Shown here: positions 36,849 through 46,240 of the stretch, piece after piece
Numbering within the stretch: the first letter of the stretch is position 1
Layout: each line of letters starts with the position of its first letter
Source: an uncultured Gammaproteobacteria bacterium
GTDB lineage: Bacteria; Pseudomonadota; Gammaproteobacteria; Steroidobacterales; Steroidobacteraceae
Length of the DNA: 64,000 bases
Direction: 5' to 3'
Assembly: GCA_963800375.1 (NCBI GenBank)
Contig: CAWDAT010000003.1
Span: forward strand, 91,697 to 155,696
Notes under the pieces: generated by a model
The model's database searches: none
Told to the model about the DNA's origin: nothing
Seen by the model: only the letters and a program-made list of their open reading frames with translations
Translations under genes and position numbers: made by a program

Positions 36849-37538
36849 GTGACGGACGTGCACCTCCTATTGGTCGAAGATGACGTCGAACTGGCCGGCT
36901 CGCTGCGCAGCCGGTTCCGCGAGCAGGGCTATCAGGTCGATCATTTCGTCGACGGCGACAGCGGACTCGCCGGCGCCTGCGCAACCGAGTACCAGGTCAT
37001 CGTCCTGGATCGCATGCTGCCGCGGTTGGACGGCCTGAGCGTCGTGCGGGAACTGCGCGCGCGCGGAGTGATGACACCGGTGATTTATCTGACCACCATG
37101 AGCGGCATCGATGATCGCGTGCAGGGCCTGGAAGCGGGAGGCGATGACTACCTGGTCAAGCCTTTTGCCTTCGCGGAACTGCTGGCCCGGGTTCGAGTGC
37201 TGTCGCGCCGGCCGGCCAACGCGATCGACGCTTCGATCCGCCTCACCGCCGGTACGATCGAACTGGATCTGCTCAAGCGCACCGTGGCGCGCGCAGGCAA
37301 GCCGATCGAGTTGCTGCCGCAAGAGTTTCGACTGCTCGAATACTTTGCGCGCAACCCGGACCGCCTGCTGACCCGGCGGATGCTGCTGGAAAACGTGTGG
37401 GGCATCCATTTCGATCCGCAAACCAGCGTCGTCGAAAGCCACATCAGCCGATTGCGCTCCAAGCTCAATCATGGCTTCGAATTCGAAGTGATTCACACCG
37501 TGCGCGGCGCCGGATATAAGTTCCTTGCGCCCAACTAG
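36849..37538 (+). CDS. OmpR-family response regulator (heavy-metal CusR/CopR-like)
   Basis: HLLLVEDDVELAGSL...VIVLDRMLPRLDG...GGDDYLVKPFAFAELLARV...winged helix ...IHTVRGAGYKF. GTG starts at 36849 or 36858. Confidence 0.9.
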   Translation: MTDVHLLLVEDDVELAGSLRSRFREQGYQVDHFVDGDSGLAGACATEYQVIVLDRMLPRLDGLSVVRELRARGVMTPVIYLTTMSGIDDRVQGLEAGGDDYLVKPFAFAELLARVRVLSRRPANAIDASIRLTAGTIELDLLKRTVARAGKPIELLPQEFRLLEYFARNPDRLLTRRMLLENVWGIHFDPQTSVVESHISRLRSKLNHGFEFEVIHTVRGAGYKFLAPN

Positions 37539-38901
37539 AGTCCTGAAGACCGAGAGCTTCCGCTCGGCCGCGCTGTTCGCGACCCTGTTCCTGATCTTGT
37601 CCTGGGTGCTGCTCGGCGTCGTGTACTGGATCGTGAATGACACGCAAAAATCGGCGCTGATCGGCGCCGTCGACGCGGACATCAACACCATCCGCAACGG
37701 CTATCGCGAAAAAGGACTGTCCGAGGCCATCGAGGTCGTGCAGCAGAGGCTGGGATCGGGCGATTACACGGGCGCGGATCTGCCCGGCGGCTACATTCTG
37801 ATCCACGATGCGGCGAGCGGCCGCCTCGTGGGCAACCTGCGGCCGATGACGCCGCAGCTGGGTTTGTTCAGCTTCCCTGCGCCGGCCGGGCGCAAGCATG
37901 AGGCCAAGGCGCCGGTACTCGGCCGCGGCGTGTACATTGCGCAGGGCGTCTATTTGTTCGTCGGCCGCGACACCGGTCAGATCGCGGTGACCCGGCTGCG
38001 CATTCTCACGGCGTTCGCCTGGGTCGAAGCGGCCGCCGTGGTGCTGGCCGGATTGGGCGGGATTTTTTTCAGCGTGCAATTCATGCGGCGGATCGATGCG
38101 ATCACGCGCACCTGTCAAGCGATCGTTGCCGGACGCTTCAGTGATCGCATTGCGCTGCGCGGCAGCGGCGATGAGTTGGACAGTCTTTCGGGCGCGATCA
38201 ACAACATGCTCGACCGGATTGAAGCCTTGCTCGACAATCTGCGGCAGGTGTCGAGCGATGTCGCGCATGACCTGCGCACACCGCTGACGCATCTGCGCAA
38301 CCGGCTGGAAGAAGCGCGCCAAGAATCGCTGACGATGGATGACTATGCGGCGGCCGTGACGCGCTGCATCGAAGATACCGATCATCTCCTGGTGATCTTC
38401 GCCGCGCTGCTGCGGATATCGCAAATAGAGTCGGGCTCTCGGCTGAGCGCATTTTCCGTCCTGTCGCTGTCCGATCTTCTGGAGAGGATCTGCGAAATGT
38501 ACCGTCCCGTCGCCGAGGACCACGATCAGGTGCTCCTGCAGGAACTGTCGCGGGATGTGCAGATTCGCGGCGACGGCGAGCTTCTGACGCAGATGTTCAG
38601 CAACTTGATCGAGAACGCGATTCGCCATGGCCCTTCGGGCACCCGGATCCTGATCCGCCTCGACGTGTCGGGCAATGTCGCAACCGCATGCGTCGAAGAC
38701 AATGGCCCGGGAATCCCGGCGGAGGAGCGCGGCAAGGTGTTTCGCCGCTTCTATCGGCTCACCGGCAGCCGATCGACCCCCGGAAATGGGCTCGGTTTGG
38801 CGCTGGTGGCGGCAATTGCCAATTTGCACAGCGCCAAAATCGCACTCGGCGACAATCACCCGGGGCTGCGGGTGCTGACCTCGTTCGAGTGCGTGCGCTG
38901 A
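37525..38901 (+). CDS. Sensor histidine kinase (2 TM, HAMP, HisKA, HATPase)
   Basis: TTG start overlaps the RR stop by 14 nt. H-box SSDVAHDLRTPLT. NLIENAIRHG, DNGPGIP, GNGLGLALV. Confidence 0.9.
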   Translation: MRPTRVLKTESFRSAALFATLFLILSWVLLGVVYWIVNDTQKSALIGAVDADINTIRNGYREKGLSEAIEVVQQRLGSGDYTGADLPGGYILIHDAASGRLVGNLRPMTPQLGLFSFPAPAGRKHEAKAPVLGRGVYIAQGVYLFVGRDTGQIAVTRLRILTAFAWVEAAAVVLAGLGGIFFSVQFMRRIDAITRTCQAIVAGRFSDRIALRGSGDELDSLSGAINNMLDRIEALLDNLRQVSSDVAHDLRTPLTHLRNRLEEARQESLTMDDYAAAVTRCIEDTDHLLVIFAALLRISQIESGSRLSAFSVLSLSDLLERICEMYRPVAEDHDQVLLQELSRDVQIRGDGELLTQMFSNLIENAIRHGPSGTRILIRLDVSGNVATACVEDNGPGIPAEERGKVFRRFYRLTGSRSTPGNGLGLALVAAIANLHSAKIALGDNHPGLRVLTSFECVR

Positions 38902-38951
38902 GGGCCGAACCGGCCACACCAAGCGACGGTGCCTGGTGTAGGATCGGCGCA

Positions 38952-39680
38952 ATGCGCGCACCGGTAATTGCTGTGGTACTTCTGGTGGCTTCGGCCTGCT
39001 CGGCGATGAAGCCGGCTCCGACCGGCGCCGCGGGGGCAGCCAAGCCGCAGGCGCCGGCCTCAACGCCGGCGGTGCCGCCCACGGCAACCGCGCCGCCGCC
39101 TTCAACACCCGCGGTGCCCGCGCCGCCTCCGCCGCCGTCGCCGTCGCCGGATTCATCGCCGGTGACGCCGCCGCCTGCGGCACCTGCAGCATCGGCTGCA
39201 CCGCCGCCGCCGAAATCCTCGATTGCCGCTCACCCCGTCAAACCCGGGGGCGCGGCAGCGGTAGCTCCGGGTGCTGCGGCCGGGACATCGAACAAAGCCG
39301 CGGCAACGCCGCCACCGCCACCGCCATCGCCACCGCCATCGCCGGCCCCAGCCCCAGCCCCAGCCCCGCCTGCCGCTGCCGCGCCGACGCTCAATCTGAC
39401 GGATCTGGAGCAGCGTCTACGCGACACGCGCGCCATCGGCTTGTTCACGAAGCTCTCGCTGAAGAATCAGGTTGACGACCTGCTCAAGGCTTTTCGGGAT
39501 CTCTATCGGAGCCCGAACAGACGGCAGCCCACGGAATTACGGCAACGGTTCGACGGGTTGCTGCTCAAGGTGCTCACGTTACTTCAGGATGGCGACCAAC
39601 CGCTCGCGACCGCCATCGCATCCTCGCGAGAGGCGATCTGGAACATACTCGCGGACCCGGAAAAATTTGCAAAGATCTAG
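38952..39680 (+). CDS. Lipoprotein with ~150-aa Pro/Ala-rich linker and a conserved-looking ~95-aa C-terminal helical domain (function unknown)
   Basis: MRAPVIAVVLLVASAC (lipobox-compatible). PPPSTPAVPAPPPPPSPSPD...PPPPPPSPPPSPAPAPAPAPP. C-terminus LEQRLRDTRAIGLFTKLSLKNQVDDLLKAFRDLY.... Confidence 0.6.
   Translation: MRAPVIAVVLLVASACSAMKPAPTGAAGAAKPQAPASTPAVPPTATAPPPSTPAVPAPPPPPSPSPDSSPVTPPPAAPAASAAPPPPKSSIAAHPVKPGGAAAVAPGAAAGTSNKAAATPPPPPPSPPPSPAPAPAPAPPAAAAPTLNLTDLEQRLRDTRAIGLFTKLSLKNQVDDLLKAFRDLYRSPNRRQPTELRQRFDGLLLKVLTLLQDGDQPLATAIASSREAIWNILADPEKFAKI
39309..39370 (+). repeat. Short tandem repeats (GCCACC/GCCATC units, then about 3.7 x CCCCAG) encoding PPPS and (PA)n
   Basis: Read directly: gccaccgccaccgccatcgccaccgccatcgcc ggccccagccccagccccagccccgcc. 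Confidence 0.7.
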
Positions 39681-39698
39681 CACGATCGAGGAGATATC

Positions 39699-39950
39699 AT
39701 GGTACAGCGTATTTTCCTGCTTACATTGGCCGCATTCGCATCGTTGATCGCGACTCGCTTGCCCGCCGCGGATGACGCGGCGCTTGCCAAGGATCTCAAG
39801 GCGACCATAGTCCTGCAGGGAATGCCCTGCGATCAACTGGTCGGAAGCAAACGCAACGCGGACAGCGACTACACGGCGTCCTGCAAGGACGGCAATCGCT
39901 ATCACATCTACGTGAACGCTCAGGGACGGGTGGTCGTGCAAAAGCTCTAG
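39699..39950 (+). CDS. Small secreted protein, two Cys, unknown function
   Basis: GAGGAG lies 5 nt before the ATG. Signal peptide MVQRIFLLTLAAFASLIATRLPAA. 83 aa. Confidence 0.6.
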   Translation: MVQRIFLLTLAAFASLIATRLPAADDAALAKDLKATIVLQGMPCDQLVGSKRNADSDYTASCKDGNRYHIYVNAQGRVVVQKL

Positions 39951-40018
39951 CGTGCGCGCGGCCCGCGGATGCCCAACACCGCGCCGTTCACTTTCGATCC
40001 GACCGACATCAATAATCC

Positions 40019-41140
40019 ATGACCACCTTATTTGACCCGCTCAAGCTAGGCGACCTCGTCTTACCGAACCGCATCCTCATGGCTCCGCTCACGCGCAGCC
40101 GCGCCGGCGACAGCAGGATCGCCAATCCTCTGATGGCTGAGTATTACGCGCAGCGCGCCTCGGCAGGACTCATCGTATCGGAGGCGACGGTGGTGTCGCC
40201 GATGGCGATCGGCTATGCCGGCACGCCGGGCATCTGGTCGCCGGAACAGGTCGATGGGTGGCGTCTCACCACTCGGGCGGTGCATCAGGCCGGCGGGCGG
40301 ATCTTTCTGCAGCTGTGGCATGTGGGCCGGATCTCCGATCCGCGTTTTTTGAACGGTGCTCTGCCGGTGGCTCCGAGTGCGGTCGCCGCCAAAGGCAATG
40401 TCAGTCTGGTCCGTCCCGCGACCCCTTTCGTCACGCCTCGTGCTCTCGCACGGCAGGAGATTCCGGGCATCGTCGAGGCATTTCGCAGGGGCGCCGAAAA
40501 CGCGCAGCTCGCCGGTTTCGACGGCGTCGAATTGCACGGCGCCAACGGCTATCTGCTGGATCAGTTTCTTCAGGATGGCAGCAACCTGCGCGGCGACGAC
40601 TATGGCGGTCCGATCGAAAACCGCGCCCGGCTGATGTTGGAAGCGGTCGATGCGGCAATCTCAGTATGGGGCCCCGGACGGGTCGGCGTGCATTTGGCGC
40701 CGCGCGGCGATGCACATTCGATGGGGGATTCAGATCTGCCGCGCACCTTCGACCATGTCGCCCGCCGTCTCGGCGAGCGCAAGATCGCCTTTATCTGCGT
40801 CCGCGAATATCTGGGCCCCGACCGCCTGGGTCCACGCCTCAAGGCGGCGTTCGGCGGCGTCTACATCGCCAACGAGAAATTCTCCTACGAGAGCGCGGAG
40901 CAGACGATCGAATCCGGCGATGCCGACGCGGTGGCGTTCGGCAGGCTGTTCATCGCCAACCCGGATCTGCCGCAGCGCTTCGCGCTGCAGGCGCGGCTCA
41001 ATGAGCCGAAGGTGCCGGAGTTCTATTCCGGCGGCGCGCAGGGCTATACGGACTATCCGCGGCTATCGCCGGCCGCTCACAGTCCCGACTTGAACGACAG
41101 CCAGGCACGGGTAAATGCCCGGGTTTCGTCGGGAGTGTAG
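40019..41140 (+). CDS. Old Yellow Enzyme family NADH:flavin oxidoreductase (NemA-like)
   Basis: LFDPLKLGDLVLPNRILMAPLTRSRA...AGLIVSEAT...GRIFLQLWHVGR...GFDGVELHGANGYLLDQFL. The C-terminus runs about 30 aa past the usual ...GYTDYP end. Confidence 0.9.
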   Translation: MTTLFDPLKLGDLVLPNRILMAPLTRSRAGDSRIANPLMAEYYAQRASAGLIVSEATVVSPMAIGYAGTPGIWSPEQVDGWRLTTRAVHQAGGRIFLQLWHVGRISDPRFLNGALPVAPSAVAAKGNVSLVRPATPFVTPRALARQEIPGIVEAFRRGAENAQLAGFDGVELHGANGYLLDQFLQDGSNLRGDDYGGPIENRARLMLEAVDAAISVWGPGRVGVHLAPRGDAHSMGDSDLPRTFDHVARRLGERKIAFICVREYLGPDRLGPRLKAAFGGVYIANEKFSYESAEQTIESGDADAVAFGRLFIANPDLPQRFALQARLNEPKVPEFYSGGAQGYTDYPRLSPAAHSPDLNDSQARVNARVSSGV

Positions 41141-42192
41141 ACTCTCTGCAGTTCGAAGCGATTGCGGATCGCCGGCGGCGGATAGATCAGGGTATTGCCA
41201 CGGACCGCGGGCTCGAGCAGCGGTACCGCTGCCGCGTTGGCCGTGGCGAAGCCGATGAATCGGGTGACCGAGGCGGAGATTTCGGGCCGCATCACGAAAT
41301 TGATGAAGGTCAGGGCGGCGGCGGGGTTGGGCGAGTCGGCCGGAATCACCAGGTTGTCGATGTAGAACGGCACCATCTCGCGGGCAAACGCGTATTCGAT
41401 TTTCGCCCTGCCGTGGGACTCGTTCACCATGCGGCGCGCGACCATGGCATCGCCCGAATAGCCGATGGCCAGGCACAGCTCGCCCTCGGCGAGCTGCTGA
41501 TAATAGCCCGCAGTGGCAATGCGCCGCACGAAGGGCTGGATTTCCGCAAGCTTTGCCATCACGGCATCGAGCTCCGCTTTGCCGGCCGAGAGGCGCGTCT
41601 GGCCCAGATAGCGCGACACCATGGGGAGTACATCGCCCCACGAATCCAGCATGCTGATTCCACAGCCGGCGAATTTTGCGGCGACATCCTTCTTGAAAAT
41701 CATGTCGAGACTGTCGAGCGGCGCATTCGGCATGATGGCTTTGATCTTGTCGCTGTTATAGATGAGACCGGTTGTGCCCCACATCCAGGGCACCGCATAT
41801 TGATTGCCCGGATCCACGGTCTTGAGCAGCTGCATGATTTGCGGATCGGCATTGCGGACGTTGGGAATGCTCGCCTGGTCGAGCTTCCTCCAAAAGCCCT
41901 TGGGAATTTCGCGAGCCAGCTCCGGTGCGGCATTCATGGTCACGATGTCGTAGTTCGAATGGCCGGCGGACAGGATGGTTTCGGCGGCTTCCGGAGAATC
42001 GAGCACGGCATAGTTGACGTGGATACCCGTCTCAGCTTGAAACCTCGAAATCACGGCGGGCGGAAAATATTCCGCCCACGCATAGATGTTCAGAACCTTC
42101 GCCCGGTCGGCGGCGGCGCAGGTCATTCCCAGCCCGAGTGCGAGACCGAGCGCCGCGACCTGAGCGGTTTTTCTTCCTGGAGCCATGAACAT
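41077..42192 (-). CDS. Polyamine (putrescine/spermidine) ABC substrate-binding protein, PotF/PotD-like, orphan
   Basis: Signal peptide, then KVLNIYAWAEYFPPAVISRFQAETGIHVNYAVLDSPE...YAVPWMWGTTGLIYN. No permease or ATPase gene is adjacent. Confidence 0.85.
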   Translation of the reverse strand: MFMAPGRKTAQVAALGLALGLGMTCAAADRAKVLNIYAWAEYFPPAVISRFQAETGIHVNYAVLDSPEAAETILSAGHSNYDIVTMNAAPELAREIPKGFWRKLDQASIPNVRNADPQIMQLLKTVDPGNQYAVPWMWGTTGLIYNSDKIKAIMPNAPLDSLDMIFKKDVAAKFAGCGISMLDSWGDVLPMVSRYLGQTRLSAGKAELDAVMAKLAEIQPFVRRIATAGYYQQLAEGELCLAIGYSGDAMVARRMVNESHGRAKIEYAFAREMVPFYIDNLVIPADSPNPAAALTFINFVMRPEISASVTRFIGFATANAAAVPLLEPAVRGNTLIYPPPAIRNRFELQRVYTPDETRAFTRAWLSFKSGL

Positions 42193-42310
42193 GTGGGTCT
42201 AGGATACGATTTGCCGCGGCGGGCAGTGCGCCTCATTGCAATTTTGTGTCAATCTTTTCCGCGCCGGGTTAGGCTCTCGCAAATACTCGTCTGGCGGTGG
42301 GAGACCAGGG

Positions 42311-45214
42311 ATGGCATCACGTTTCTTTGTAGTCGGCACGCTCACGGCTCTGACGGCGATGACGGCGATCGCGACTGTGGCAACCGTTGCAAAGGTGCGA
42401 CATCCGCACCTGCGTCCCGGCGCGATTCCCGGACATGCGCCATTGCACGCCTTCGGCAGCCGCGGCGCGCGGCATCTCGGCACGGCAGGCGCCAAATTCG
42501 ACGGCGCACTCGCGGATCTATCGCGCCACGCGACGCAGGCGCGCCCTGATCATGCCGTCGAGGATTTGCGCTCGATTGCTCCCGCAGTCAGGTTCAAGCA
42601 AGAGGCACAGGACCCGGCGCCGCTGGTGCTCATCGATGCCGTCACCCGCGGCGACCCGCAGCAATTGAAAGCGGCCCTGGTGGCCCTGGGATTGCAGCAC
42701 GCGTCCGTCTATTCGAACGATGTGGGCGGCTGGCTGCCGGTGGCGCAACTCGACGCCGCCACGGCCAGGGCCGAAGTTCATTCCATCCGCGCCGCCATGC
42801 CGCGCACGCGCAGCGGCGCCGTGACGTCGCAGGGCGATTTCGTGCAGCACAGCGACAGGGTGCGATCGGACAATGCGCTCACGGGCGCAGGCGTGACGGT
42901 GGGCATCCTGTCCGACAGCTATGACTGTTATTCGGTGTATGCGGCGAACCATGTCCCCGCCGGCGGCGCCACGGGCTACGCCAACAACGGATTTCTCGCC
43001 ACGGCCGCGGACGACGTGTCGACGGGGGATCTGCCGGCGGGCGTCAACGTGCTCGAGGAGGCGCAAGCCGGAAACGGCGGCTGCATGAATTACGGAGCGC
43101 CGACTCAACTGCCCCTGGGTGATGAAGGCCGCGCGATGCTGCAGATCGTCCACGATATCGCGCCCGGCGCGGGCCTCGCCTTCTACACGGCCTATAACAG
43201 CGAAGCGGATTTCGCCAACGGCATCGGCAAGCTGGCGGCCTCCGTCGCTTCCGGCGGAGCCGGCGCCAAGGTCATCGCCGACGATGTGGGTTATTTCGAT
43301 GAGCCCTTCTTTCAGGACGGCATCGTGGCGCAGGCGATCGATGCGGTGGAGGCGCAGGGGGTGGCGTATTTCTCCGCCGCAGGCAACGATGGCACGCTGG
43401 CGTACGAGAATCTCACGCCCAGTTTCAGCAGCGTGTCCACGCAGACTTTCAATACCGGAGAGCATCTGCTGAACTTCGATCCGTCGGGCGCGACGACGGC
43501 GACCTCTTTGCCGGTGACCATCGCGTCATTGGTTCCCGGTGAATTCGTCGCCATCGTGGTCGAGTGGGACCAGCCCTACGTGACGGGCGCGCCCAACAGC
43601 GGCGGTGCGACCAGTCAAATCGATGTGTGCGTCACCGGGGCCTCCAGCGCCGATGAGATCATCGATTACGGCGGCAACAAGGCAACTTGTTCGGGCGTGA
43701 ACGCTCTGGGTTCCGATTCCTACCAGGTCATGATCATCGGCAATCCCGCCAATGCCAGCGGCAATTCTGCCGCGGAAACCATCAATGTTTTCGTGGGCTT
43801 GGCGGGCGGCACCGTGCCCGGACGCATCAAGGTGGCGGTCGAGGATGACGGCGCGGGCAGTACCATCAACGCCTTCCCGAGCAACAGCGCCGGCGCCACC
43901 ATCCAGGGCCACCCCGGCGCCGCGGGCGCAGCCGCGGTGGGTGCTGTGTTCTATTTGGCCACACCGGCTTGCGGCAATGTTCTCGGACTCGAGTATTTCT
44001 CGTCTGAGGGCGGTTCACCCATCTTGTTCGATGCGAGCGGCAACCGGCTCGCCGAGCCGATCGTGCGCCAGAAGCCCGATTTCGTCGGTCCCAACGGCGG
44101 CAACGATACGTTCTTGGGCTTTGCTCTCACCAGCAGCCAGGCCGCGACCACCATTGCCTCATGTGCGGACAATCTCAGCTACCCGAACTTCTTTGGCACG
44201 TCGGCGGCAGCTCCGCACGCCGCCAGTATTGCTGCGTTGATGCTGCAGTCCAATCCAACGGCCGCGCCGGCGCAGATCTATCAAGCCTTGCGCAACGGCG
44301 CCCTGGGGCTCGGCAGCGCGTCGCCGAATTTCGATTCGGGTTTCGGCTTTATCCAAGCCGATACGGCGTTCATCGCACCGGTCATGTCGCTGGGCGCGAC
44401 CGCGGTGCCGATTGGCGGCTCGACGACGCTTACCTGGTCGACCATTGCCGCGGCGAGTTGCATGGCATCGGGTAGTTGGAATGGTCCGGTGGCAACCAAC
44501 GGTAGTCAGACCGCAACGATCACCAGCATGGGAACGAACACCTATTCGCTGACGTGCATGAACGCAGCGGGTGGCATTGCGACCAGCTCCGTGAATTTGA
44601 CCGACCAAGCGCCCCCGGCGCCGACCTTGACGCTAAGCACCCCGAGTGTCATCAATCTAGGCGAGTCGACCGTCATTTCCTGGACGTCCGCGAATGCCAC
44701 GAGCTGCATGGCCGCTGGAAGTTGGAGTGGGACCTTGGGCACCTACGGGAGTCTGACAGTGACTCCAACTGCCGGCGGCGCCTATAGCTATTCGCTAAGC
44801 TGTTCCAACGCGCAAGGAACTTCCGCGGCAAGTTCGGTGATGTTGACCGTTACCCCGCCTCCCGCGGCCCCCTCTCTCACCCTCTCAGAGAGTTCCATCG
44901 TCGTCGGCAGCTCGACGATGCTCACCTGGTCGTCGCTCAATGCAACGAGTTGCACGGCAACAGGCAGCTGGTCGGGATCGCGGCCAACCAGTGGGACTCA
45001 GACTGAAACGCCAACCGCAGTCGGTTCCGACACCTATATGTTGACCTGTACCAATGCCGCGGGGACATCACCGGTAACTTCGGCAGTGCTGACCGTCACG
45101 CCTCCCCCGTCGAAATCGGGCGGCGGCGGCCTTGACCTCCTGCTGCTGTCGGGGCTTGCCGCAATGGGCCTGGCGCGGATTCTCCGTTCACGTCGACGTG
45201 TTAATCTACCCGGC
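42311..45214 (+). CDS. Secreted subtilisin-like (S8) serine protease with three Ig-like repeats and a GlyGly-CTERM-like sorting tail; no in-frame stop
   Basis: Signal MASRFFVVGTLTALTAMTAIATVATVA. Asp region GVTVGILSDS, His region MLQIVHDIAPGA, Ser region FGTSAAAPHAASIAAL. Tail SGGGGLDLLLLSGLAAMGLARILRSRRR ends at 45199. Five sense codons (VNLPG) follow before the downstream gene's GTG. Confidence 0.8.
44378..45100 (+). repeat. Three tandem ~75-85-aa two-cysteine repeats within the protease
   Basis: LTWSTIAAASCMASGSWNGP...YSLTCMNAAG..SSVNLT; ISWTSANATSCMAAGSWSGT...YSLSCSNAQG..SSVMLTVT; LTWSSLNATSCTATGSWSGS...YMLTCTNAAG..SAVLTVT. Confidence 0.8.
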
Positions 45215-46240
45215 GTGAAATCCAGCGCTGCACTCGTCGTTTTCCTGGCATTCCTCGGCGCGGATTACGCGCGGGCCACGGTGTACACGCTCCCCAGCCC
45301 CGATGCCTCCGTGGTGGGCGACGATCAGACGGTCGACACGGTGTATGAAGATACGCTGTACGATCTCGCGGCAAAGTTCAGCCTGGGATCGGAGGAACTG
45401 ATCCGCGTCAATCCGAGCGTGGATCCGTGGCTGCCGGGCGCCGGCAAGAAACTCACGGTGCCGGGCCGGCATATTCTGCCGCCGGGGCCGCGCGAGGGCA
45501 TCGTCGTCAATCTGCCCGAACATCGGCTCTACTATTACCCGAAGCCGAAACGCGGCGGACCGATCGAGGTCATCACCTACCCGGTCAGCATCGGCAAGAT
45601 GGATTGGCGCACTCCACTGGGAGTCACCCATGTCATCTCGAAGCAGAAGGATCCAACATGGTTTCCGCCGGAATCCGTCCGCAAGGAGCATGCGGCGGCA
45701 GGTGATCCCTTGCCGCCGCGAGTACCGCCGGGGCCCAACAATCCGCTGGGAGCCTACGCCATGCGGTTGGCGGCGGGAAACGGCACTTATTTGATCCATG
45801 GCACGAACAATCCGATCGCCGTCGGACTGGCGGTGACGCACGGCTGCATACGCATGTATCCGGACGATGTCGCGGCCCTTTACCCGCTGATCCCCGTGGG
45901 CACATCGGTGCGCCTCATCAACGAACCGATCAAGGTGGCCTGGGTCGACGGCGAATTGCTTCTCGAAGCGCATCCGCCGGTCGATGCGCAGGGGCAGAGC
46001 TTCGAGCCCAATATCGATCAGTTCGCCGAAATGCTGCGCACGGCCGTGGGCGACACGACGGTTGCGATTCACTGGGACTATGCGCGCGAAGTGCTGCAGA
46101 AAGCAGATGGAGTGATCGCGACGGTGGGGCTCGAAGCCGAAAATCCCAATTCACCGCCCCCGCCCGATGCCACGCCGGCGCCCGTCGCGGATACACCGCC
46201 GGCCGATGCGCCGCCTGCGAGCGCGCCGCCCGAACGCTAG
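45215..46240 (+). CDS. L,D-transpeptidase (LysM plus YkuD, ErfK/YbiS/YcfS-like) with its own signal peptide, in frame with the protease
   Basis: GTG at 45215 gives (M)KSSAALVVFLAFLGADYARA|TVYTLP. LysM TLYDLAAKFSLGSEELIRVNP. YkuD active site HGTNNPIAVGLAVTHGCIRM. Pro-rich C-tail. Confidence 0.8.
   Translation: MKSSAALVVFLAFLGADYARATVYTLPSPDASVVGDDQTVDTVYEDTLYDLAAKFSLGSEELIRVNPSVDPWLPGAGKKLTVPGRHILPPGPREGIVVNLPEHRLYYYPKPKRGGPIEVITYPVSIGKMDWRTPLGVTHVISKQKDPTWFPPESVRKEHAAAGDPLPPRVPPGPNNPLGAYAMRLAAGNGTYLIHGTNNPIAVGLAVTHGCIRMYPDDVAALYPLIPVGTSVRLINEPIKVAWVDGELLLEAHPPVDAQGQSFEPNIDQFAEMLRTAVGDTTVAIHWDYAREVLQKADGVIATVGLEAENPNSPPPPDATPAPVADTPPADAPPASAPPER

Noticed and set aside
39951-39975. cgcgg-c-ccgcg element after the small secreted protein gene as a terminator
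   Set aside because: A 1-nt loop is sterically impossible, and no U-tract follows.
42236-42310. Upstream extension (MQFCVNLFRAGLGSRKYSSGGGRPG) of the protease ORF
   Set aside because: ATG 42311 gives a normal signal peptide. The extension has no signal-like features and lies in the divergent promoter region.
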